From positions 1 to 64,000 of the forward strand of contig CAVZRV010000011.1 in NCBI GenBank assembly GCA_963777605.1: 64,000 bases of DNA, in the 5' to 3' direction. Position 1 is the first letter of the stretch; the number at the start of each line of letters is the position of its first letter. Below the pieces are notes generated by a model. That model ran no database searches and was not told the DNA's origin. It was given only the letters and a program-made list of their open reading frames with translations. Position numbers and translations under genes: made by a program. Origin of the DNA: an uncultured Acidobacteriota bacterium (GTDB lineage: Bacteria > Acidobacteriota > UBA6911 > RPQK01 > JAPXNP01). Of this stretch, positions 43,125 through 54,225 are shown piece by piece.

Positions 43125-44752
43125 ATGACTATTTGGGATGGACTCCTTGAATTCTTTGAGGATGGATGGGATACCTTAGAAAACCCCGTCTACACCCGCG
43201 CGCGAAAACACGCCAAAGCGATGGCGGAAGAATACAACCTCGGGACGGACGTCGAGGCATTTGAGGAACTTTGGGGACTTACCATCAATGCCTCCCTGCT
43301 GGCTAAGCTGAACGACGAATCCGCAATCAAGGAAGTCGTCCGATTGATCGGCCGCCTTCGTGTCTTGGTCGATCGGACTCCTTCCGACTCAACGTCCATT
43401 TTCAGTCCTCGCAGCGCGATCGATGAAGACGGAATGGAATCGGTTCACGTGGCTGATGCATCCGCTAAGTATGTCATTTTCTCGGACCACCACATGCTGT
43501 TCGATGGTGCCCGTCAGAACTTCTTCGCGACGAGCGGGAACCGAGACTTCTACACGGAGATCTTAACTCGGTATTACGCGGCCAATGAGTTCAACCTTGT
43601 TAAAAACGGCGACTTCGAGGAGCTGATCATTGTAGAAGATAAATCGGCGGAGAATCCGAGACCATGGGCGATTTACCGAGCCAGGTATTCGACTACAGAA
43701 ACAGCAAGAAGATCCCTCAACTGAAGAGTATTGTCCGAGACAACATTGAGTACTACGAGGCCCTTCACGGTGGGTTCATCTCGAAGGGCCGGTACTTCAA
43801 GATCACCGGGAACCATGACCGCGATATGGGCAAAGCCGGTTACGCCAGTGTGGTGAGCGAAATCCTGGGACATGCATTTCCATTAGCCTGCGACGTGATG
43901 CTGTTGAAGTCGCGCGGCATCACCGAGTTCATCATCTGTCACGGCCATCAGTTCGACACGTCTTGTACGCCGAAATTCGCCGCAAAGGCAGGCGAGTCCT
44001 TCTCCCAGGCTTCGGCCTGGGCTTTTCAGGGGCCCGACCGGATTTGGCGCACGAAGTACGACCAGATGGATGCATGGCTCGCGGGCCGGGAGCCCTTCCT
44101 CAACGCACTTGTGACCGATGAGCCTGATTCGGGCGGGTTCCTGGAGCAGGAGGTATGCGAAGATGCTCAGCAGGCCTGGGATGCACTTGGAATGGAGATC
44201 TCCAATCTGAACACTGAACGGGGCTGGGAATCCATATATGGCAAGAACATCGCCTGGAATTACTTCGAGAATGAAGGCGATCCCCAAAAGTGCATCGACC
44301 TCGAAGTCTCTACCGGAAAACGCTGGTTCAAATTCCGTCATTTGAACGAGTTGCGTCTGACCGTGGAACTCGAAAATGCTTTCGGTCCGCGAGTCCCGAC
44401 TCTCATCCTGGGACACACTCATGAACCCAGGTTCCGCCCGAGGAAAGCGAGCGGACAGTCCGGACATTCGCAGAATTGGCAGGAGATCGACTTCTATGCC
44501 AACAGCGGATCGGCCGGGAGGTTCGAGAACCTGATCTGGGGAATCGAGATCCTCGACCGGGCGCCTCTTCTGATCTCATGGCACCGCGACGGTGACCGAA
44601 TGCCGGTCCGTACGGTCTGGGAGTCATTCGGGACAAACGGCGGCTTTCTGCGGCCGGCATCGAGTGGGACGCCAGAAGAATTTCTGGGTCCCGGGGAGGA
44701 TTCCGCGGTGGATTTCTGCAGCGTAATGATTGCCGCCGGTCAGATTCTCTGA
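43125..44752 (+). CDS. Calcineurin-like metallophosphoesterase (frameshift near 43650-43700)
   Basis: Full motif set across two ORFs: FSDHH, NGDFEE, TGNHD, CHGHQFD, ILGHTH, NSGS. Candidate TTGACA-N17-TAGCTT promoter upstream. Confidence 0.75.
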
Positions 44753-44788
44753 CACCGGCTGCCAACTGGATAACGATTGGAACTCGGC

Positions 44789-46104
44789 ATGGATTTGTTC
44801 AGCGAAGCACCGTTTGCGATCTGGCAGGGATTCCGGCATTCCTGGACTTACAACCATCGCCTGAACCGGTTGGGAGACTGGGTGGTCAACCGGGAACGGG
44901 GGGGGACTCGGTCTCGGTTGAATTCGGTCACTCGGCAGCTTCCGGATCCGGTGAGGATCGGGCCAGTTTCGAGACCTTCGGAGCCACCACGAAAGCTGAC
45001 GGGATTTGCGTCAGGGATTTTCACCGCGAAGTGCAGATCCGCTCCCGTGAGGAGGAGAACCAGACCTTCTTTTGTGAAATCAGGGTCGGTGCGGAGGCCG
45101 GCATTCCCGACGACTGTGATGTCTTCGAAGCCTGCCTCAGTGGGTTTGACCTCTGGTCCGAGAAAGACGCCGACAAGCTGATCAGCCTTCACCTGGCCAC
45201 ATCACCCCCGGCTCTGGACGAACAGACGGGCGAGATTGTCTTCAGCATCTTTGGCGGGATGAACGTCGATTGCGACAGCCCGGAATGCGACCTTCACGAT
45301 GGCGCGGGCGCAACAATTGCCTGGATGGCTGCCGGCGGAATGGCCGGGCAGCTACTCGGCGGTCCAGCTGGGGCGGCCGCAGGCGCACTGTTTGGCGGCC
45401 TCTTTTCCAAGCTCGACATTTCCACGGACTACACACTCAGACTGCATGTCGTTCTGATTTGCGGAAAATCTGACCACTTGGCCGCAACCCGAAAGACGTT
45501 TTCGAACGAGTTGACCTGGGATACCACAACCCCGATCACCCTCGAAAACGAGGGGACACAGCGGGTTGAGGTGAGGGGAGACCGCCCGGGCCCGTGGAGA
45601 GTGAGTCTTCCCGGCATCCACCAGATTTCACTGGAGGTGACAAGAGAAAAGGGCTTTCTGCGGCCCGACACGGCCATGCATCTCCTGGAGTGGGACATGG
45701 CAGTCCGCCCAGTTGAAATGACGGGCACAGGCTGCACTGTCGACCTGGACCTCTTCTTCCGCAACTGGCGCCCCCGCGAGTCCGTTTTTCTGGACAGACA
45801 GATCGACCTGGGTCTGCTCAGCGAGATCGATTTGGTGGACGAGCTTGCCGAAGATATTTCTTCGCATCGCGATGCGGGATCCGCATCGCTGACGCTGGGA
45901 TTGACTCTCCTCCAGTTCGCCCAGCCCGGCATTATTGAACAGGATGCCAAGATCGGGGGTCTGACTTGGCGGGGCGGCAACGCCAGCGCGAAGTCAAATG
46001 ACGCCGTCTACACGACCGTTGTCCCTCACGAAATCTCGGCAGCGGCTCAACCGTTGACGAGTGACTCCAATTCGATCCTGGTCGCAGTCGAAAACTGCAA
46101 CTGA
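44789..46104 (+). CDS. Hypothetical protein with glycine-zipper segment (frameshift in G-run near 44900)
   Basis: WQGFRHSWTYNHRLNRLG N-terminus joins ORF 45031-46104; contains GGMAGQLLGGPAGAAAGALFGG. Confidence 0.6.
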
Positions 46105-46126
46105 AACACGAAAAGGACTGAATCCA

Positions 46127-46603
46127 ATGGCAGAGAAAAGAAATCGAAGAGGCCGCAATCCTGAAGACAGAGCAAAACGGACTCCGACCCCGGTTCGGGA
46201 GGCTGTGCCCCGAACCGGCACAAGCCCGCGGGGAGTCGACCCGGGCGATATCAAGGGGATCAATGCGCTGGTTACTCGGGGACGGGTCGCAGGCTATACA
46301 GTGGATTCCAACGGACTCGTGGTCAAACTCGATGTCAGCGCACTCAGCCGAATCGCCTTCTCGGTCAGTGCAGACGCCCCGCATTTCCGCCCCGCCGTGT
46401 CCATGACAATGATGGCCCTGAACAACCGGATTAACCCTGCAACTCAGGAAGGATCGGCTCATGACCAGCAGTACCTGTGGGTCAAGCTCCAGTCCAAAGC
46501 GGGCGGTGGCAACATCACGCCCGCCGCCGCCGTGGGGCTGTCCAACAGCAACGAAGCTGATCCCTTTGACGTTGCCGGATTCGTCTTCTCTCCTGAATCG
46601 TAG
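46127..46603 (+). CDS. Hypothetical protein
   Basis: ATG after aaagga, 22 nt downstream of the previous stop; basic, disordered N-terminus followed by a beta-rich region. Confidence 0.6.
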   Translation: MAEKRNRRGRNPEDRAKRTPTPVREAVPRTGTSPRGVDPGDIKGINALVTRGRVAGYTVDSNGLVVKLDVSALSRIAFSVSADAPHFRPAVSMTMMALNNRINPATQEGSAHDQQYLWVKLQSKAGGGNITPAAAVGLSNSNEADPFDVAGFVFSPES

Positions 46604-46649
46604 GAATTCCGGGAGGATCGATCCGCTGCCGGCCAACGGTGCTGATGCA

Positions 46650-47000
46650 ACCAGGCGCAGCTGTGACGGTCCACGGCCAAAGGTTTCGAACGCCGATGAC
46701 GAGAAGCGTCTTGAGCTGACCCAGGAAGGCCTTGACGTGCCGGCCTCGAACGTAGACGCCGGGGCTGAAACGAAAGACCAGCGCCAGGCGCCGGCGATCC
46801 CGATGATCTCGAGACTGTCGATCACTGGGGCTTTGCGGTGGCAGCGGGTTCGCTGCAAAAGGATCGGTGTCCGGCCTCGACGAGCGCTCCGCAAATATGA
46901 CCTCTGCTGACTCCTCATCGGCTCTCGTCGCAGAGCTCTCCCCGAGTAAGGTGCTGCATCTATCCCGCCATGGCGTCCGGCTCTGCCAGGCACGTCTGGA
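46650..47000 (-). mobile_element. Decayed IS630-family transposase remnant
   Basis: Fragments in shifting frames (RGRTPILLQRTRCHRK..., RRRLALVFRFSPGVYVRGRHVKAFLGQL) resemble the IS630 DDE_3 segment WAPRGxTP...RLxLxF...VxAFLxxL. Confidence 0.55.
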
Positions 47001-47200
47001 TCGGCTTCGGGTTTCACCTTGCCTCGCAGGCTGACCGCCCGTGCCCGGCCTCACTGCCGGCGTTGTTCCTACCGCCGTCGGTTTACCTCCCGCTTCCTTC
47101 AGCTTCGCCTCACGGCTGCGCCTAGTGTTTGGCTAAGGTTGGTCCCATCACCTCCTTTGAGTACCTTTCAACTCAATGGATTCAGCCCATGTCGGGCACC

Positions 47201-47293
47201 CGAGGGCGGACGTCCTCGTCCGCCACGACGGTTTGGGCGCCAGGCTCACGACAGATGGCATCCCCACAACGCGGACAGCGACGTCCGCGATCC
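47201..47293. repeat. Inverted REP-like doublet
   Basis: gagggcggacgtcctcgtccgc (47202-47223) and gcggacagcgacgtccgcgatcc (47271-47293): two hairpins in inverted orientation. Confidence 0.55.
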
Positions 47294-47350
47294 AAATGAA
47301 GCTTCAAGTTAGAACGGATTCCACGTCTGCAGTGACGTTTATCTGCAGAA

Positions 47351-47914
47351 TCAGCCGTCAAGGATCTTCTTGAGTGTTCGGGGCCAGAGTTCCTGCGATT
47401 CGACACGGAAGGCTCGGTTGAACTTGCTCGAACAGTTTTCCCAGGCGATCGTCGCGGTCAGTTCGACAAGTTCATCATCAGAGAACTCGGCCCTTAAACG
47501 CTCGAAGAGTTCGTCTGACACCTCAAGACTTGTGTCGGTGATGCAGTCGGCGTATTCGAGCGCAAGCCTCTCGCGGATATTGTAGTGAGGACTCTGTGGG
47601 TAATTGGGAAGATCCAGGATTTTCTCCTTGCTGGCACCCATTTCGCTGCCGACGGCAGCGTTGATGTCCTGTCAGAAGACACAGCCATTGAGTGAAGCGA
47701 CCCGTCGGTTCACCAGCGCTGTCAGACCGCCGTCCAGTAGTCCTGACGCAGCCAGCCCTCCCCACATTCCGAGGACAGCCTGGAAGATTGTTGGCCTGCG
47801 AGCATAGAGTTCATAGGGTTCGAGCGGCGCGCCCCACCGCACGGTCTGTTGATCGAATGTCTTAGCGATTCGTTCCCCAACCTGCCCTTTCTCGAGTCCC
47901 TTGATTCTTGCCAT
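47351..47914 (-). CDS. CMD/AhpD-like peroxidase-family selenoprotein (CxxU; UGA at 47674-47672)
   Basis: ORFs 47672-47929 and 47351-47641 are in the same frame: ...RVASLNGCVF-UGA-QDINAAVGSEMG...ERLALEYAD...ELVELTATIAWEN..KFN; 187 aa in total. Confidence 0.85.
47644..47660 (-). promoter_or_regulatory. Bacterial SECIS-like hairpin
   Basis: mRNA reads UGA, 11 nt, then CGCUGCC-GUC-GGCAGCG: a perfect 7-bp stem with G first in the loop. Confidence 0.7.
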
Positions 47915-48188
47915 TCCCCGATTGTGCACCGAACCCCGGCCCGAGCGAAAGAGTACCCATCCTCCAGGGACGGCATCCGTGCGGGTGACTGCCCCGGGGC
48001 CGGATCTCCGTGTAGTCCATTCTCGACCTGCTGTCCGGAGGATGGTCGGCTGAGCAGATTCTCGAAGAATTCGACAAGCTCAACCCGGCCGCACCCTCCT
48101 GGACGGGTTTGCGAAACAATTCTCATCCCTGCGTTCCGTCCCCAGCACTTGATATTTCCCGGCCCGCAATCGACACTGGTTGCCGATC

Positions 48189-50640
48189 ATGAGACGTTGG
48201 TTGAAGGTCGTTCTCGTTGTCGTTTCCGGGATCCTGGTCCTGTTTCTGGCTGCGGCGCTCTGGGCCTACAGCCTGGTTTCGGGGAGCCTGCCTCAGTTGG
48301 AAGGCGAGGTCGAAATTGCAGGCTTGGCGGCCCCGGTGACTGTCGAGCGGGACCAACTCGGCATCCCTTCGATTCGTGGAGAGAATCCCGTCGATGTGGC
48401 CCGGGCCCTGGGATTTGTCCATGGGCAGGACCGCTTCTTCCAGATGGACCTGACCCGCCGGCAGGCGGCTGGCGAACTGGCGGAACTGATCGGTCCCGTG
48501 GTCGTCGAAAGCGATCTGGGCGAGCCGCTTCCACCAGTTTCGAAAACGCGCCCGGCGGGTAGTCGAATCCATGCCGGCGGGGCAAAGGGAAATCGTCGAT
48601 GCCTATGTTGAAGGCGTCAATTCCGGACTGGACGGACTCGACCACAAACCCTTCGAATACTACTTCCTTCAGGCGGATCCCAAACCATGGAATGCGGAGG
48701 ACACCATTCTGACCCTGGTGGCAATGTTCTTCATGCTGAACGATGAGACCGGGATCCGGGAATCAGACAGGGGAGTGCTTTACGACATCCTTCCAACCGA
48801 AATGGCCCGGTTCATCGCCCCGGAAGGAACCAGGTGGGATGCGCCGATCGTTGGGGATGCCTTTGTGTCCGATCACATCCCCGGCCCCGAGGTCTTCGAT
48901 TCTCGCGATACTCTCCAGGGGCCGCAGGCAGGAGGAAGAGACCGCTCAGACGAATCTCGAGGTGACTCCGTATCCCCGGTTCCCTTCTGGTCTCAATTCC
49001 CGGACGAACTCCAGTCCCTCGTCGGATCCAACAACTGGTCCGTCGCCGGTTCGCGGACGAATGACGGACGCGCCATCGTCGCCGATGACATGCACCTGGG
49101 GATTTCCGTCCCCAACACCTGGTACCGGGCGTTGCTTCAATGGAAGAGTGACGGTTCCGGGCAGGATGCGACAACGACGGTAGTCGGAGTGACGCTTCCC
49201 GGAATCCCGGCGGTCGTGGCGGGAAGCAACACTCACGTTGCCTGGGGATTCACCAATTCCACAGGCGACTGGTCCGACCTGATCGTACTGGAAATCAACC
49301 CGGATCATCCGGACCAGTACCTGACCCCGGACGGATACAAGACTTTCGAAGTCGAGAAGGAGACGATTGACGTCAAGGGAGAAGAGCCCCGCACCCTGGA
49401 GATCCATCACACGATCTGGGGACCGGTGATTGACGAGGACCACCTCGGCCGGCCGAGAGCGCTTCGATGGATCGCCCATGATCCCGAAGCGGTCAATCTC
49501 AACCGCATCGCGCTCTCCGGTGCGTCCAATATGGAGGAAGCCGTCGAAACGGCCAATCGCAGCGGGATCCCTCCTCAGAATTTCGTCGTCGTCGATCGAA
49601 GCGGACGCACGGCCTGGACGATTGAAGGACGGATCCCGCGCAGAGTCGGGTTTGACGGCCAAGTGCCCGTCTCCTGGGCTGACGGGTCCCGGAAATGGGA
49701 TGGCTATTACCCGCCGGAAGAGTATCCTCGAGTGATCGATCCGGCGTCCGGGGCCCTGTGGACCGCGAATTCACGCGTGGTCAACGGAGAAATGCTGGAG
49801 AAGATTGGCCAGGGACTTTATGATCTGGGAGCCCGAACCCAGCAGATCCGCGACGACCTGTTCGCACAGGGGACGTTCTCCGAGCAGGACATGCTCAAGA
49901 TCCAGCTGGACAACCGCGCCCTCCTCGTCTCGCCCGGTGGCGGGACTTGATCCTCCAACTCGTGGACGAGGAAGCGATTCAGGGGAACAGTGACCGAAGG
50001 GTTTTCAGAGACCTGGTCGAAAACAGCTGGTCTGGAAGGGCGTCGGTCGATTCGATCGGATACCCCCTGGTCCGCACTTTTCGGCTTATCACCGATGAAA
50101 AAGTCTTCGACTGGCTGACCGAATCCTGTAAGGCAGCCGATGAACGGTTCAGTCCGTCCGGATTTAACCAGCGGGAACAGTCTCTCTGGCTGATGGTCAC
50201 CAGAACGGCCGATCCACCTGCTCGACCCCAGCTACGAATCCTGGGAGCAATTCCTGCTCTCCGTTGTGGACGAGACGATCGCTCGCTACGGCGGTGTTTC
50301 GGAGCTTCCCAAAACCACCTGGGGAAAATTGAACACCGCTCGGATCCAGCACCCGCTCAGTCGCGCAGTTCCCTTCCTTTCGTCCTGGCTTGACATGCCG
50401 GCCGACCAACTGGCCGGCGACGGAAACATGCCCCGGGCACTGGGGCCCAACTGGGGTGCGTCCGAACGATTCGCGGTTTCGCCAGGGCGCGAGGAAGAGG
50501 GCTATCTCCACATGCCGACCGGGCAGAGCGGACACCCCCTCTCACCCTACTACCGATCCAGCCACAGCGCCTGGGTCAAGGGTTTGCCCACCCCGTTTCT
50601 GCCCGGCAAGCCCGAGAAGGTGCTGACGTTGCGTCCGTGA
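48189..50640 (+). CDS. Penicillin acylase family Ntn-hydrolase (three apparent frameshifts near 48520, 49930, 50205)
   Basis: ALGFVHGQDRFFQMDL, nucleophile GSNNW, ADDMHL, WGFTN, TANSR, GASERF, GQSGHPLSPYY. Confidence 0.88.
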
Positions 50641-50844
50641 GGCGCTCCTCAAAGAAACCGGATTGCTACTGGCAGACGTGAAACTTCAATTTGAATGAAC
50701 TGGAAATCCTGGATGATTTGGACGCGTCTGGATGGGGATTCGGGCGATCAGTGGAGAGCCAGGGACGCGATTATCGGCTGGAACCTGGTTCCTGGTCCGG
50801 TGCCAGACGTGGATGAGTGATGAGCACAGGATCGGCGCCGTGCT

Positions 50845-51035
50845 GGCCCCTGAAGGGGGCCTGTTTCCAGCCCAGGCATTTGCCTGGGTTTACGGTTCCC
50901 CCATCAAGAATCCAGCCCTGAAAGGGCGGCACAGCTCTCCGGACGTGAAGAATCGGCGCGACCTTACAGGCCGCGATCGCCTTGCCGGGACCACAGAGAG
51001 GGTAAACCCTGGGCTGAAACCAAGGCGCCAGGGGC
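50845..51035. repeat. REP/REPIN-like palindromic cluster
   Basis: gcccctgaagggggc, cccaggcatttgcctggg, gccctgaaagggc ... aaaccctgggctg (inverse of cagcccagg); intergenic. Confidence 0.6.
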
Positions 51036-51158
51036 AGTTTCACTCCGTGAATGATCCGTGGAGGCTTGGCGTTTACACTCAAAACGCCCAGAATGAAACT
51101 TGGGCAATCGATCGGGCCAGTGAACAGCAACACATTGAAGCGTATAAGGAGAAACCCA

Positions 51159-52526
51159 ATGCAGGACATGGACAGGCGCACATTCATCAGGAAATCTTCA
51201 GCCGTTTCCGCCGGAGTGATGTCCGGCTTGGCGGGGCTCGGAAACTCATCCGCCCGCTCTAACCCGAGCGATACGATCAACGTCGCTGTCATTGGAATCC
51301 GCAATAGAGGCAAAGAACACTGTCGTGCGCTGTCGGAAATACCCAACGTGAGAATCGCGGCTTTATGTGACATCGACCAGCGACTGCTTCCGGAGGCGGT
51401 GGCCGAGGTCGAAAAACTGACCGGCTACCGGCCCAAGACAGAAACCGAATACCGGAAGATTCTCGACGACAAGAGTATCGACGTCGTCACGATCGCCACA
51501 CCGAATCACTGGCATGCCCTGCAAACGATCTGGGCTTGCCAGGCGGGCAAGGATGTCTACGTCGAAAAACCGGTCTCGCACACGGTTCTCGAAGGCAGAA
51601 AGATGGTGGAGGCCGCCCGGAAGTACAGCCGCGTGGTGCAGACGGGAACCCAGGCGAGAAGCAGCTTCCCGACCAACCAGGCGATCGAGTTCATCAGGGG
51701 CAACGGACTAGGGGACGTGTACATGGCAAAAGGGCTGTGCATCAAACCCCGGGGAAGCATCGGGCATGTCAAGGACAGCACGATTCCGGAGGGGGTCAAC
51801 TGGGATGCGTTTCTGGGTCCGGCACCGTACAGGCCCTTTAACCTCAATCGATTTCATTACCGGTGGCACTGGTTTTGGGATACGGGCTGCGGCGACCTCG
51901 GGAACCAGGGGATCCACCAGGCCGATGTAGCCCGTTGGGCACTGAACAAGACAACTCATCCCGTGAAGATCCAGGGTGTCGGGAACAAGTTCATCCTGGA
52001 TTCCGATCAGGAAACTCCGAATATCCAGAATTTGACGTTTGAATACCCAGATTCTTCGATCCTGCATTTTGAAGTGAGAGGCCTGCCGAGCAACACGGAA
52101 GGCGGCGTTACGGTTGGAGACCTCGTTTTCGGCTCGAAAGGCTGGATGAGTATCGACAATGAAGATGTCGGGCGAAGCCAGGTCCGGTATGGTGAGATAA
52201 ACCTCCTGCCAATTGGCTACTCGTCTTACAAGGAAGAGGCCGGCCCTGTTTTTTCGAACGAGGATCCCGGGACTGCCGACGCGGTGAAGAACCATTTCCT
52301 GAACTTCCTGGACTGCGTCCGGTCACGGAACTGGCGAGACCTGCACGCAGACATCCTGGAAGGGCACATTTCAACGAGTCTCTGCCACCTGGGTAACATC
52401 GCGTGCAGGCTTGGCAGAACACTTGAATTCGATCCTGAAACAGAGAAGTTCGTCAACGACAAGGAAGCGGACGGCTATCTGACGAAAACGTATCGAGCCC
52501 CTTATCTGCTGCCGCAAACTGTGTAA
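51159..52526 (+). CDS. Gfo/Idh/MocA family oxidoreductase, Tat signal
   Basis: DRRTFI; IATPNHWH, AGKDVYVEKP, VQTGTQ, GNQGIHQAD; aggag RBS. Confidence 0.92.
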   Translation: MQDMDRRTFIRKSSAVSAGVMSGLAGLGNSSARSNPSDTINVAVIGIRNRGKEHCRALSEIPNVRIAALCDIDQRLLPEAVAEVEKLTGYRPKTETEYRKILDDKSIDVVTIATPNHWHALQTIWACQAGKDVYVEKPVSHTVLEGRKMVEAARKYSRVVQTGTQARSSFPTNQAIEFIRGNGLGDVYMAKGLCIKPRGSIGHVKDSTIPEGVNWDAFLGPAPYRPFNLNRFHYRWHWFWDTGCGDLGNQGIHQADVARWALNKTTHPVKIQGVGNKFILDSDQETPNIQNLTFEYPDSSILHFEVRGLPSNTEGGVTVGDLVFGSKGWMSIDNEDVGRSQVRYGEINLLPIGYSSYKEEAGPVFSNEDPGTADAVKNHFLNFLDCVRSRNWRDLHADILEGHISTSLCHLGNIACRLGRTLEFDPETEKFVNDKEADGYLTKTYRAPYLLPQTV

Positions 52527-52914
52527 CGCGGCGTCCACGGTGGGCAGGGTGCTTCCTCCCGTTCTGTCTTCCGCTAAGATTCCTGCTGTTTCCTGATTGT
52601 CCGGCTTCTCGAGAAAGCGGATTGAGCCGAATCGATCCGGCAACCCGGCCCGGGCTCGGAAGGACCACGATCTATGACCTTGAGCGCCGCACGGTTGCTC
52701 TCCATGCTTCCCGGTTGCCAGCTTGAATGTGCCCGTCCGGGCGCCACGGCCACGAAACAATGAGTGCAGCTTGCGCCGATACCGGAACCTTAGCCCTACC
52801 TGAAAAATTCCCGATGGTAAGATCGGTTCAGATGTCGAGGGGAAATCGGCGAATAATTGAACAGCCTTTCCCCTCAGAATACGCTTCAAAAACGATGTCC
52901 CAGGAGTGGACCTG

Positions 52915-54225
52915 ATGTCGCCCAGACAAACAGCCGCCGTTGGCAATTCTCCAAGAACCTCCGAATTTCTCAGCCAGACGTTGATCGCAGACTACCAGCG
53001 CGTTCGCGCCTTTTCCGAAAGAATCTGCGCCCCGCTCAAAACCGAGGACTGCGTGATCCAGTCCATGCCCGACGCCAGCCCGACGCGCTGGCACCTGGCC
53101 CACGTGAGCTGGTTTTTCGAGACCTTCGTGCTCAGTCCGGCCGTTACCGGTTACCGGTCGCCGCACCCGCTTTTCGCCTACCTCTTCAATTCCTATTACA
53201 ACGCCGTCGGCCCCCAGTTCAACCGCCTCCGCCGCGGCCTGATTTCGCGCCCAACGGTCGAGGAAACCTATGCTTATCGCCGCGCCGTGGATGAGGCGAT
53301 GACTGATTTTCTTGCGGGTTGTGATACGGCGGCGCTGGAGCGCTGGGCGCCGGTCGTAGCCCTCGGTCTGCATCACGAGCAGCAGCATCAGGAATTGATT
53401 CTGACCGACATAAAGCACGTCCTGGCGCAAAATCCGCTGCATCCCATTTACGCTGCCGCTGAGTCACCGTCCGCTGCCCCGCCGCCCCCGCTGGGATGGC
53501 ACGCTTATCCTGAAGGCATTGGTTGGATCGGCCACGCGGATGACGGTTTTGCCTATGACAATGAGGCCCCGAGCCACCGCCGCTTTCTGGAAGCGTTTGA
53601 GCTCGCCTCGCGCTTAATCACCTGTGGCGAATACCTGGAATTCATGGCGGACGGCGGCTACCAGCGCCCCGAGTTCTGGCTTTCCGAGGGGTGGGCCACC
53701 GCCCGCTCCGAGAATTGGCAAAATCCGCTGTACTGGGCGCACGAGGACGGGCAGTGGTGGCTGATAACGCTGCACGGGTGGCGCCCGGTCGAACCACACG
53801 AGCCGGTTTGTCACGTCAGCTACTTCGAGGCCGATGCCTACGCCCGCTGGGCCGGAGCACGCCTGCCGTCCGAGGCGGAATGGGAAACGGCCGCCCGCGT
53901 GCTGCCGATCGAGGGTCACTTCGCCGAAGAGGGCTTTTTCCATCCGCGCCCGCTCTCCGTGGCGGATTCGTCCGCGACCCCGGAGCAGATGTACGGCAAC
54001 GTGTGGGAGTGGACGCAAAGCCCTTATGTCGCCTATCCCGGTTTTCAACCGGCGGCTGGAGCGATCGGTGAATATAACGGCAAGTTCATGTGCAATCAGT
54101 TCGTGTTGCGCGGCGGCTCCTGCGCGACATCAATCACCCACATTCGCCCAACATATCGTAATTTCTTTCCGCCGGCGGCCCGTTGGCAATTCATGGGTCT
54201 CCGGCTGGCCAGGGATGTCAAATGA
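52915..54225 (+). CDS. egtB: Ergothioneine biosynthesis sulfoxide synthase
   Basis: QSMPDASPTRWHLAH, FNSYY, HHEQQHQEL, FGE-like domain, GEYNGKFM, YRNFF..RWQFMGLRLA. Confidence 0.95.
   Translation: MSPRQTAAVGNSPRTSEFLSQTLIADYQRVRAFSERICAPLKTEDCVIQSMPDASPTRWHLAHVSWFFETFVLSPAVTGYRSPHPLFAYLFNSYYNAVGPQFNRLRRGLISRPTVEETYAYRRAVDEAMTDFLAGCDTAALERWAPVVALGLHHEQQHQELILTDIKHVLAQNPLHPIYAAAESPSAAPPPPLGWHAYPEGIGWIGHADDGFAYDNEAPSHRRFLEAFELASRLITCGEYLEFMADGGYQRPEFWLSEGWATARSENWQNPLYWAHEDGQWWLITLHGWRPVEPHEPVCHVSYFEADAYARWAGARLPSEAEWETAARVLPIEGHFAEEGFFHPRPLSVADSSATPEQMYGNVWEWTQSPYVAYPGFQPAAGAIGEYNGKFMCNQFVLRGGSCATSITHIRPTYRNFFPPAARWQFMGLRLARDVK

Noticed and set aside
52915-54225. Selenoneine synthase senA, given the nearby selenoprotein
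   Set aside because: No senB glycosyltransferase or selD/senC neighbour; context with egtD fits ordinary egtB.
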